DNA of 64,000 nucleotides from Octopus sinensis (Eukaryota), in NCBI RefSeq assembly GCF_006345805.1, contig NC_043000.1, positions 150,164,001-150,228,000 of the forward strand, given 5' to 3'. Below are positions 53,935 through 64,000 of the stretch, one piece after another (the first letter of the stretch is position 1; each line of letters starts with the position of its first letter). The notes beneath the pieces were generated by a model. That model was not told the origin of the DNA, did not search any database, and saw only the letters and a program-made list of their open reading frames with translations. The translations under genes were made by a program, and so were the position numbers.

Positions 53935-54171
53935 GATTCCAATGGAATGACTGAATTATCACAACAGTTAGGATCAGTAAGTTTGAGTCAGCAACAACAA
54001 CAACAGCAACAGCAGCAGCAGCAGCAACAGCAGCAACAACAACAGCAGCAACAACAGACTGATAGTCTTAATGAACTACCTGGTGCATCGAGGCAAATTT
54101 TATACGGTAATTCCACTGCTACAAACCAAGTACAAACTAGTTGTACTCAACCTACTGCTGCATATCAACAG
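53935..54171 (+). CDS. R3HDM: R3HDM-family exon with polyQ (DSNGMTELSQQLGSVSLS-Q23-TDS...AYQQ)
   Basis: gcag/gtaagg boundaries; 79 codons; phase 0-0. Confidence 0.88.
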
Positions 54172-54358
54172 GTAAGGCCACAGTTGGAATACACTGTTCT
54201 TTTTGTTGTGGAGCAATGGTCTAACCAAGAATTTTTTTTTAAATAAGGAGAAATTTGAGAACAAGATTGGTCAAGCTCTGCTAGAATGGTTTATGTATTA
54301 TAGCTGTATAATTATGAAGTTTGCTATACAATCATGGGGCTTTGGGATGTAGCCTTAA

Positions 54359-54573
54359 CCCTTTCATTACTGTATTTATTTTGAGATGCTCTGAGTTTCT
54401 TTCAATTAATTTTAAATATAACAAAGAATTTAGTAAAATAACTTAGTTATCATTCAGCTAGTGTTAGGAGCATAAATTGTGATTAAGGTTTGGTGGAAGA
54501 TTTTAATTCAAAACTTATGAAAACAAGACATTTGTATTCAGAGCCGGTTTCAGCCAGGTTGGTAACGAAAGGG
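54359..54573. mobile_element. piggyBac-type MITE, same family as 17112
   Basis: TTAA TSDs; near-identical body to 17112-17333. Confidence 0.85.
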
Positions 54574-54774
54574 TTAAATTGACCAATATTTTGTGGAAAG
54601 AATATGATAGACAGAAATTGTATAGAAATTTGTTATGCATATTTGTATGAGTGTGTGTGTCTTTTAATAATGTATATTGGTGAAGGATGCAAACCTCAAT
54701 GAAATGTAACAGTACTCTTCAAATGAAGTCCTTTGCCTCATTTTAATATTGATGTCTTAGTGGTCTTATTCCAA

Positions 54775-55287
54775 GTGCGTGAGAAGACCCGGCAGGACTA
54801 GTGAGACCATAACCCGTGGCCTCTACCTGGGATGTAGCCAGTCGACTTATGCATACTTTTCCTTCTTGGGACACAAAACTCCACTTGTGAAGACCCGTTT
54901 AGGCAAGTGGAAATCAGAACCAAAATCGAAGTCGATCAACATCAATGGAAATTGCAGCTGTGATACCAGTGCCGGTGGTACGTAAGTGAACCATCCGATC
55001 GTGGCCGTTGCCAGCGCCGCCCTGACTGGCCTTCGTGCCGGTGGCACGTAAAAAGCACCATCCGATCGTGGCTGTTGCCAGCCTCGCCTGGCCCCCGTGC
55101 CAGTGGCACGTAAAAACCACCCACTACACTCACGGAGTGGTTGGTGTTAGGAAGGGCATCCAGCCATAGAAACATTGCCAGATCAGACTGGGTCTGGTGC
55201 AGCCTTCTGGCTTCCCAGACCCTAGTTGAACCGTCCAACCCATGCTAGCATGGAAAGCGGACGCTAAATGATGATGATGATGATGAT
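54775..55287 (+). mobile_element. RTE 3' end (ORF stop, 3' UTR, tandem units)
   Basis: Begins ...EKTRQD* then gagaccataaccc, as at 12745-12775. Confidence 0.85.
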
Positions 55288-55406
55288 ATCATCAGGATTT
55301 ACTTTGAAGTGGTTTGTCTGCTATCTCAAGAAGACTTGTATCCTATAAAATTAAACACAGTTTCAAAAGTTTACAGCTAATACTATTCTGTTTCATCTAT
55401 TCACAG

Positions 55407-56424
55407 GGCTACCCAGCTACTCATGGTGTCAGCGGACAAGCTTTCCGCTACATGCTTCCAGTTCCTCTTCTCTCATCTGGCCAACAACAAGGTCAGAATC
55501 CTACTGCTGTTGCTATAGATAGCCAATCAGCAGCTGGTCAACCTGGCTCTACTAACGTAGGGCAGTATCATCAACCCTTTATTACAGGGGTGCCAAGCTA
55601 CCCTTACCAGTCAGTCACATCACCACCCAATACTGAAGCTTACCCAAACTCCAATTATGCCCCACAGCCAACTGTCGGCCAAGTTGATTCTGCAATACCA
55701 GGTTATACCACTTGCCCATCTAGTTATCCATCCTATGGACAAAATAACTACACCCCTCAAACTCCACAATATTATACAATGGCTGCGTCTAGCCCACAAA
55801 TAGGTTATAACTTCAATAGTACTGGAACATATCGACCCACCACACCTCCTAGTCAAGCTCCTGTATCCACTTCAAATGTACCTTTGAATGTTGGACCACC
55901 AATTAGTATTGGACAACCAACTGGAAATAGTCCTACCGCTAATGCTACACAACTACAAAACCAATATGTTCCGTATAATTATCCTCACTATGCTCCAGCC
56001 CAACCACCTCGTGCACCTAATACTCAAATAATGCAGTTTTCCACAACCCAAGTTCATCCATCAGCTCCTCAATCATACCCGGTGATGAGGCCAAATATGC
56101 AAATAAATGTGCCCTTGCCACCTACAGCTGCAGCAGCACCCCCACCCCCCAATAATCAGAGCTCTGCTACAGCCCTAGCAGCTCAACCAATGCATACTAC
56201 TCCAATCTGCATCAAGAATTTCACCGATCTCAGCCGACTGCAGTCAAAGGTTGCCTCAGGTAGCACCAGTTGTGGAGGGGAAGCAAATAGTAACAGTGGG
56301 CCCCCCTGTGGAAATATGGACTCTGCACTGTCTGAGCATACTCATGTTTGTAATAAGGAATTTGTTAATAATACAGCTAATGTTGCTGCACCTGGTACTG
56401 GAACCATGCTAAGATCAAATACTG
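55407..56424 (+). CDS. R3HDM: R3HDM-family large P/Q/S/Y-rich low-complexity exon
   Basis: tcacag/gtgagt boundaries; lies inside the 409-aa ORF 55314-56543; phase 0-1. Confidence 0.92.
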
Positions 56425-57720
56425 GTGAGTTTGTGTTTTTCATACATATACATATACATATATATATAAGCTATTTCATCCAACATATTTTTAAAAAGAT
56501 AGATTGTTCTCTCTGTGATAATGAGATAGACACAGGTATGTAAAAAAAGGTGATATGATCTAGCAGTAGGGGTTAAAGCTGTAATAATTGAGTGGTGTCT
56601 AGATTTTACTTTAGAGTATAACTTGTCACAAAATTTGCAAGTATATATGTATGACGTGATATACATAAAAGAAAGATGTCCTGGCTTAATACATTATATA
56701 TAAATTACATATTTGCCTTTTACTTTCTATGAATAATTTCATCTGTAAATCAAGGTATTTCAGTTAGTGACATTAGTGAACAGCATTTTGGACACAATAA
56801 AACATGCCATTTCCTTGATACAGTATTTTACTGCGTCTAATATCTAACTTATTCTAAGCAGATGAATGAAATATAATCTTAACTAGATTCAATATGTTTC
56901 TACTAAAATGTCATAGCTTACAGGCTACACTGATCAATCATTCATATGTGAAGTTTAGACAAGGCTTTGCTTTGTATATCTCAGACACTGAAAATTCTGA
57001 TTACAAATGGTCTTGTAAGAAGAAATCTTGTGAACCCATACTCTTTGTGACATGAACAACATGAAAATAGATACAACCAGGAATTATAAATAGATTACAA
57101 CCAGTAGATATTGATTAGCCTCAATGTAAACATTTACAGAAAAGCAGGAACAGTTGGTTGACCCAACCAAACCAGTGTATGTTACCATCACCAATCTTAG
57201 TAGGATGAAAGACACAGTTGATTCAGGAATTTGAACTAAGTTCACAAAATATACTACTAAATATTATTGTAAGGCATTCAGTCCAAGTGTTAACTTGAAA
57301 TTTGTTTGTATTAAAGTTTTTGTGATGAAGTTTTTGTTTTTTAAATCTGTATATATGGAAAGAAAAAAATTCTGTTAATGATAGAAAAACAAAATACCAA
57401 ATCAGTTTAGCCTATAAGGGAGATATAAACTGCCCACTAACAGGATAATTAACTAAGAAAAACATTTTACGTAAAGAGAAAAATAAAAATAATATCTGAG
57501 TAAAAATTATTAAAAAAGATTATAAAATTATAGCTTGAAACATTTTTCAAATAAGTAGCCTAAAACTTTTTTTTTTTTTTTTCATTTCTGATTGAAAATC
57601 TCAAATTCTAACCTTTTAATTGTGATCCAACCTAAAAACACACACATACACAAACACACCTATCCCCTTTTTTTCACCCTGCAGACTTACTCATAAATTA
57701 TGTTCTCTTGTAATTGACAG

Positions 57721-57799
57721 CGGATTCTTTGCGGTTCATTAGTCCATCAGGATTCCGCCCACAAGTTCAACCTTTACCATTGAATCATCAACGAACTCG
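57721..57799 (+). CDS. R3HDM: R3HDM-family exon (ADSLRFISPSGFRPQVQPLPLNHQRTR)
   Basis: ttgacag/gtattg boundaries; its 1-2 phase is exactly what is needed to join the flanking exons. Confidence 0.78.
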
Positions 57800-58356
57800 G
57801 TATTGTTTTCCTTCTTCCACTTTGAACAATCAAACTATTTCTTTCTTCCTTGTAAATTAAAATATCAAATTAGATTTCTATAACAATTCAATTATTCATT
57901 TCTTCAATCTAGTTTTATAATTAAGGTCTTTTTTTTTTTTTCATTTGTCAATATTTATGTAAAACATTCTGATAAAACATGTTATCTTTTTTACATTTAT
58001 ATATTTGTTCTGCAAAATTCCTGATGTGGTCTTCTTCAAAAGACGTTTGACCAAGAACCCCCAGGAAATCTATAAAGATAATTATGATTAGGTTAATCCT
58101 TAAAAAACAAACATTAAAGAAAGATAAATGTAGTTTAGCTAAATTTTTCTATTTTGTCATTATAAATATAAAGGAAGTGCAATACAAAGGATATGTAAAT
58201 TTACCTGTTCAATTCATGTATGGACTAGCTAACCAGAATATCATGTCATTTCCTAATATTCTTTTATGTTGTAGCATTTCTTCCAACTTTGTCTTTTTGC
58301 TATTTGCAGGCACTACTATCATTGTCTTCTTTTCTTTTCTTGCTTTGTCGTTTCAG

Positions 58357-58514
58357 TCCTCCAAACTGCCAGTATAACAGCAGCTTTGGGGTTGTTGGTA
58401 ACACTAATAACTCTATTGGAAATAAAGTTAAAAACAAAAAATCACCACGTGGTATTAGCAAAGACTGTTGCACAGGGAACCAATCATCTACTGGTAATGA
58501 CGCAGACTCAAGAG
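58357..58514 (+). CDS. R3HDM: R3HDM-family exon (PPNCQYNSSFGVVG...NDADSR)
   Basis: tttcag/gtatga boundaries; phase 2-1. Confidence 0.8.
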
Positions 58515-58635
58515 GTATGAAACGCATTTCTTTCAGCATCTAATTTATTTGAAAATTTACTTTCATTTCCGTAGATAAATTTAATTACAATATATTATTT
58601 ATACTATAGAGAGATATGTAATTTCTTACATTTAA

Positions 58636-58856
58636 CCCTTTAGTGTTCGCATTATTCTGCCAAAATTAATGCTTTTTCATCCACTTTGTTTTGAACTAAT
58701 CATGCATTATCTTGTAGCTTTGAGATTTTGATGAGGTAGCTGTTAATTTTTAAAACGATATTGTAGGGTTGGTGTGAGAGACCAGATCTGGCCAGTTTTA
58801 ACATAAAACAGGCAGAATATTTTTGGCCGGATATGGCTGGTTTAAATGCTAAAGGG
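58636..58856. mobile_element. piggyBac-type MITE (CCCTTTAG TIR)
   Basis: TTAA TSDs; related inverted copy at about 3545-3756 and a fragment at 1-135. Confidence 0.78.
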
Positions 58857-59472
58857 TTAATCATAAGGCTTTTGGGGGGAAAGAATGAGTTTGGTCTGTC
58901 AGATTAACTTAAGTATGTGGCTGATACTTTATTGATCTTAGAAGAACAAAAGACAAAGTCATCTCTGGCAGAATTTTCACTTAGAACTTAGGTGGACGGA
59001 ACTAAATTCATTGAGGCATTCACTGTGACTTCCTACCTACTATTTCTGCCGCTTCACAGCCCTTGATATGAAAACCAAATATAATAATCTGTTAATCAAC
59101 TTATGCAATCAAAGGTAGTTGTTTAGTTTGTAAGATGGTGGTTTAATGACCCAAATGTGACAATTTCAAATGTTGCCACTGGTATTATGTTGTATCCATA
59201 GACAGGCTATGCTACTCTACTTGATAAATTCATATCATTTATGTCGCACAGTTATGAAGTTACATGAATTTTGAAATTTTCAAAAAATATATTGAATTTA
59301 TTTTTCTTGAGTTGACTTTGACTTTATTCCACTAGGATCAGTTTTATTTTTGTAATCCACTTGAATTTTCTAAATGAACTTTCTTAATACCATATACATT
59401 AAAAATCATAACATTCTTCATGGTTTTTTTAGTAAAATATTGAAGTGAATAAACAACCATCCTCCTACATTT

Positions 59473-59756
59473 CAATTGCAGCGTGGAAGGTGTTTGTAAG
59501 CCATTTAAGAAACACACAAAAGCTGTTCGATTCACTTCAACATTTAAGTTTAATTTGTCAAAATATTTTCGTCGCTAAAATCCGCGACCTGTTCACTGAC
59601 AAAAATCCGTGATGCAGCATGGATTTTTGTCAGTGAACAGGTCGCAGATTTTAGCGACGAAAATATTTTGACAAATTAAACTTAAATGTTGAAGTGAATC
59701 GAACGGAATATGTGTGTCTCTTAAATGGCTTACAAACACCTTCCATGCTGCAATTG
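59473..59756. repeat. Foldback palindrome (arms about 135 bp) inside an insertion with a 13-bp TSD
   Basis: Axis near 59612; ctcctacatttca is duplicated at 59462-59474 and 59817-59829. Confidence 0.95.
59627..59674 (+). ncRNA. Hammerhead-like motif, G3-C8 core variant (mirror copy on the - strand in the left arm of the same hairpin)
   Basis: UUGUCA-GUGAACA(G)-GUCGC..GCGAC-GAAA-AUAU-UU/UGACAA; stem I 6 bp, stem II 5 bp. Confidence 0.55.
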
Positions 59757-60055
59757 TTTTCGTTCCAGCACACGATCTCAGATCAAATCACTTGCTATGC
59801 AAGTACATCTCCGTAACTCCTACATTTCACATATAATATAGTGTAATCTTTTGAATGCAAACACCATAACGGTATCAGCTAATCCTTACTTAGAAAAATA
59901 GTTTTAATTCTTTCATTGTAATCCTGGTTCATTACTATATATACAGTTCATATTTTAAAAGTTTGTTAGAAATCAAATATTCCTTTTTTCTTTTCTTTTC
60001 TTTTTTGTTTTTATTTCTAATGAATGTATCATTTCTCTTACTGTGTTTTCTACAG

Positions 60056-60363
60056 GGAATGTTGCAGGAAGTAATGTTTTGGAAGTATATGATCTCTGTC
60101 CAAAGCTTCGTCAAGGAGAAGTTGAAAAACTATTAAAAGATTTGACCTGTCAGGGGGTCACCCTACATTATGTCCCACATGATAGCAGTCAGCTTTCTAA
60201 CACCGACACAAGCAACCTGCAAGTTTCTGATTGTAAAACTATCCTGGCAATATTCCCTAATGCACTGTGTGCAACTCATGTACTTCAGAGCATCCCGAGT
60301 GGAAGATATAAATTAAGGTCAACAGTGTCCAGAGACTCTATTGGTCAAAAATCTGAACGATAA
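60056..60363 (+). CDS. R3HDM: R3HDM-family terminal coding exon with C-terminal RRM-like domain (NVLEVYDL...TILAIFPNALCATHVL...YKLR), TAA stop
   Basis: ttctacag acceptor; the pattern VLEv..L...EvEKLl.eL...G / TILA.FP...A..aL....kfKLR resembles the R3HDM1/2 C-terminus. Confidence 0.92.
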
Positions 60364-60877
60364 GAAAGAATACCACGTTTATTTTTATAGGATATCTTAA
60401 TATTTTATTTAAGGAGAGAGAAAATTTTGGATGTTTTTTTTTTGTTTTTTTTTTCCATAGTTCATGCACAGACTTACTGAAATCATTCACTCAAGACCAA
60501 ATCAATTACACTCTGTCTAGAAAATCATTTCTAACCCTTTATCCCTCTACACTATTTTATCAAAATCTTGTTTTCAACATTTTAGTTTATTTAAAATGCA
60601 GACAGAAGATAAGAGAGAGGAAAAAAAAAAAAAAATGTATTTTCACCAATTCCAGTAAATTGATTGTTGACACCTTATTTCTCAGTTGTGATATTGTCTG
60701 TGTACATACTTTCTGTACATATCAATTTCCTGAACCTCGTAGAAAGGATACTGCTTCCAGTCTGAGTGTCAATGGCTAAGATAGCTGCACTCGGCACTGC
60801 CAGCTACTGTTGGATACTGCTAATTCTCTATAACTTCCTACTATATTTCTCATTCAGTTCTCTTCTCTGGTCTTACT

Positions 60878-60882
<5 letters not shown>

Positions 60883-60946
<64 letters not shown>

Positions 60947-60995
60947 TTCTCCCTCTCTCCCATTCTTTTTCTATCACTCTCACTCTCTCTCTCTC
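60883..60995. repeat. (CT)n microsatellite downstream of the stop codon
   Basis: Seen directly. Confidence 0.95.
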
Positions 60996-62058
60996 CCACT
61001 ACTATTATAAACTTCTCATTGATAAGAAAATATTGTTAGAAGCATCTCTTTAATCCATCCATTTATTTGTTATTGTTTTTGTTGTTGTTGTTGTTTTATG
61101 TATTTCATTCTCCTTTATTTTAGATCGTCTTTTCTAATGGCCTCCCATCTACCTCCCCTATTCCCACCCAATCATCTATCAATTCTTGAGTCATTTTCTG
61201 CTGGCAGTACAAGGCATATAGATTGTTAAATTGGTTTCAGTGATTTGAGAAGCAAAGAAACTTTGCAAGATATATATAGGGATATGGGGGATGAAATGAG
61301 ATAGAAATATACCTTTTGTTCCTAGTTGTTAAAAATTTAGAGTCAAATATGTTGAAACACTGAAATTCACTCACCTGATCTTTCTGTTTATCTCTTTCCA
61401 ATATGTGGTGTACTATTTATACATTCATAAGTATGCCTATGTACAACACTCTATCAACTGCACACAATGATACACACATTGTTTAACCACCCACTACCCA
61501 CCCACTATTAAGTTTGAATCTCATTGAGTGTGTGTGTTTGTGTGTGAATATGTGTATTGTATGTGCAAAAAAGAAAAGAAAAAGAAAAAAGATGTACAAC
61601 TAGTTGGTAAAAACTCAAACTAACTGCTGGGAACTAACCAACAATAACCACTAGTAATGCTCTGCTCTGCTGGTCAACAAACTAGTCATATATAAAAAAA
61701 ATGACTACTCTAACCCATTCCCTAATTTCAAATCACAGTTGTTAAGAAGAGAGACTTTTTACTGACTTTCTGCAGATGTTGTTTTCCAATCCCCATCCTT
61801 AGCACTCACAATCCTCCCTAATTACCCATGAGTCTCTCTATTTAGGTTTAGAAGGCAGAAGAACCCTCCTCCCAAAAGCCTTACACACATTCATTGTGTT
61901 GAAATGTTGTCATTAAAATCTGTAAAATAATCTCAAAAACTGATTTGCTGTTTTTTTCTTCCCATTTGTAATCATTTAAATTTTTTACAAAATGTGGCTC
62001 AAGTCTCATCATTCATAGGTTTGTTGTCCATTTTTCTAAGTCACTCTTTACAAAGTTA

Positions 62059-62059
<1 letters not shown>

Positions 62060-62100
<41 letters not shown>

Positions 62101-62395
62101 CATTGTGTACAGTGCTCAGGTGCACTACAACTCATCTAAAGTGCATATATAATCAGGTGTAGTTTCGGCGGATTTCGGAGAGCATGAGGGCCTTAAAGGA
62201 TGCAGTGTCATGGCAGTCAACAACTGACGCAGGTAGTTTATTCCATGCTTCAGCAACTCTGAGCGTGAAGAAATGTTTCCGAAAGTCGTGGGAGCTGTGT
62301 TGTTTTCTGACTTTGTAGGCATGTCCACGTGTGTTAGACACATGGAGATCAAAAAGGTGTTCAGTGTTGTTGTTGGTGAGGTGGTTGATAACTTT
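62060..62395 (-). mobile_element. CR1 LINE 3' fragment with (TAA)n tail
   Basis: NTRGHAYKV...FRKHFFTLRVAEAWNKLP. Confidence 0.82.
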
Positions 62396-62740
62396 GGTTA
62401 TAATATTTAATATTTGTTTGTATTACAAACACATTAGGCTTTAATTTATTAAATAAACATTTGTGTGTATGCGTGTGCACGTATGTGTGTGTGTGTGCGT
62501 GGTTTAACTGTGAAGTTACATAAATGGCTCAGTGGCTGATGGTTTTACACATTGCACCTAATTTTAGAAGTGAAATGTTAAAAATACTTCGCCTTTCAGT
62601 CGCTTACGTAACTTATGTTACCAAATAATAAAAAAAAGATAAATACTCTGGTGTATTGAGTTCTGTTTCTACTGTTTGTTCCACCAAAATTCTGTTTTGT
62701 GTGTGTGTGTATGTGTAGATATATATATATATATATATAA

Positions 62741-62944
62741 AAATAAATGAAAGAATGGAGTTGAACGACGATTTAACAAAATTCCTTTATTCTCGACATA
62801 TGTTTCGAAGGCTGCATATTCCTAATTTCGAAGGAATAAGGGGTGCATTATGCCGCCTTCTCATCAGGAAAAACAATCGAAACATATGTCGAGAATAAAG
62901 GAATTTCGTTAAATCGTTGTTCAACTCCATTCTTTCATTTATTT
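62741..62944. repeat. Inverted repeat with 68-bp arms around a hammerhead core
   Basis: 62741-62808 versus 62877-62944, 2 mismatches. Confidence 0.95.
62790..62873 (-). ncRNA. Minimal type I hammerhead ribozyme motif with canonical core
   Basis: Minus strand reads UUUUC-CUGAUGA-GAAGGC...(extended stem II)...GCCUUC-GAAA-CAUAUG-UC/GAGAA; stem I is 5 bp and stem III is palindromic. Confidence 0.8.
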
Positions 62945-63157
62945 GTATTAAAAAAAACACACAAATTTCCACATGAAAGCACGTGATCTCTGCCCTTGGC
63001 ATGTAGCTTCAACCGTGTTTTTCTGACGTGAATTTGCTACCCAGGTATCGGTTAACCGAATTATCCATACTAAGATAATTCATTCAACTACTTAAATATA
63101 TATATACATATAGGTATATTTTTATGTGTATATATTTATATTTGTATGTATATATAT

Positions 63158-63208
<51 letters not shown>

Positions 63209-63608
63209 CTGTTTATATGTATATGGTTGCTCTTGTTAATTAGTAGCCTTATAAGAACCTCAATAACAAAACAAAATATTGGGATGTTTTCAAGTTGTTG
63301 AAGATAAACAGACTTTACTCTAGAAAATACAATCATTTTTATTGTATGAATAAGAGGTAGGGCAACTTTTACATTTATTTGTCACATTAAATTAAGTGTA
63401 ATCTAATAAGAGCTCATTTAATTAGATATAAGGGACAGGCATAGTTGTGTGATTAAGAAGTTTGCTTTCAAATTATATGATTTCAGGTTCAGGCCCACTG
63501 CACAGCACTATGGGCGAGTGTCTTCTATTATAGCCCCAGGCTGACCAGTACATTGTGTGTGAATTTAGTAGAAAAAAATCTATGTGGAAGCTTGTTATGT
63601 GTGTGGTC

Positions 63609-63677
<69 letters not shown>

Positions 63678-63680
<3 letters not shown>

Positions 63681-63870
63681 AGAGTTTACAAAAACAACAA
63701 AAGACGAAGACAGGTGGTGTACAAAACAAACAGATGTATTAGTATAATGCTCAGGAATAGAAAAAGTCTTTTACATTTTGAGCCTACGCTCTTCTACAGA
63801 AAGGGACACAGAAAAAACAAGGAGAGAAACAAAATATGTGTAGTGGCTAACGATCTATCATATATACGGG
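63678..63870 (-). mobile_element. Penelope-like element pLTR/3' fragment, second copy
   Basis: Reverse complement resembles 50820-50990; abuts (TA)n. Confidence 0.55.
63767..63803 (-). ncRNA. Decayed second copy of the 50855 hammerhead-like motif
   Basis: CUUU-CUGUAGAA-GAGC gtag GCUC-AAAA-UG-UA/AAAG; GAAA is mutated to AAAA. Confidence 0.45.
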
Positions 63871-63885
63871 TTAAGTACAAAAGCC

Positions 63886-63997
63886 AAGGCAAACAGTTTG
63901 GCAAGACTTGACAAGGACATTAATTTAGCTATATTATAAAAGGTTTTATATAGCTAAATTAAATGTCCTTGTCAAGTCTTGCCAAACTGTTAGCCTT
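63886..63997. repeat. Foldback hairpin (arms about 55 bp)
   Basis: aaggcaaacagtttggcaagacttgacaaggacatt...aatgtccttgtcaagtcttgccaaactgttagcctt. Confidence 0.9.
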
Positions 63998-64000
63998 TCT

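Noticed and set aside
58311-58377. Upstream acceptor (ttgcag) for the 58357 exon
   Set aside because: In the required phase it hits TAA at 58375-58377; the 57721 + 58357 solution keeps the frame open.

Overview
This is an AT-rich, repeat-dense animal genomic window. The repeat families look like those of octopus/coleoid cephalopods; that is inference, as no search was run. The + strand carries the 3' part of one large gene, an R3HDM1/2 (ARPP21/encore family) RNA-binding protein. Ten coding exons (20836-60363) were reconstructed by hand, all with AG/GT boundaries and consistent phases, giving about 814 aa with the family motifs RPWSSTDS, VTKAGSF and GSMIINPRTGQVYLNADG, a Q23 tract and the C-terminal RRM-like domain. 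The R3H/SUZ exons were not found and probably lie upstream of the window. The introns hold tRNA-SINEs, RTE, CR1 and R4/Dong LINE fragments, piggyBac-type elements, a Helitron-like element and microsatellites. The most unusual signal is a set of minimal hammerhead-ribozyme-like motifs (Penelope-like element/retrozyme type). They have different catalytic-core variants that covary at the 3-8 pair (C-G, G-C, U-A), and several sit at the axis of near-perfect foldback hairpins or in a 247-bp tandem repeat.
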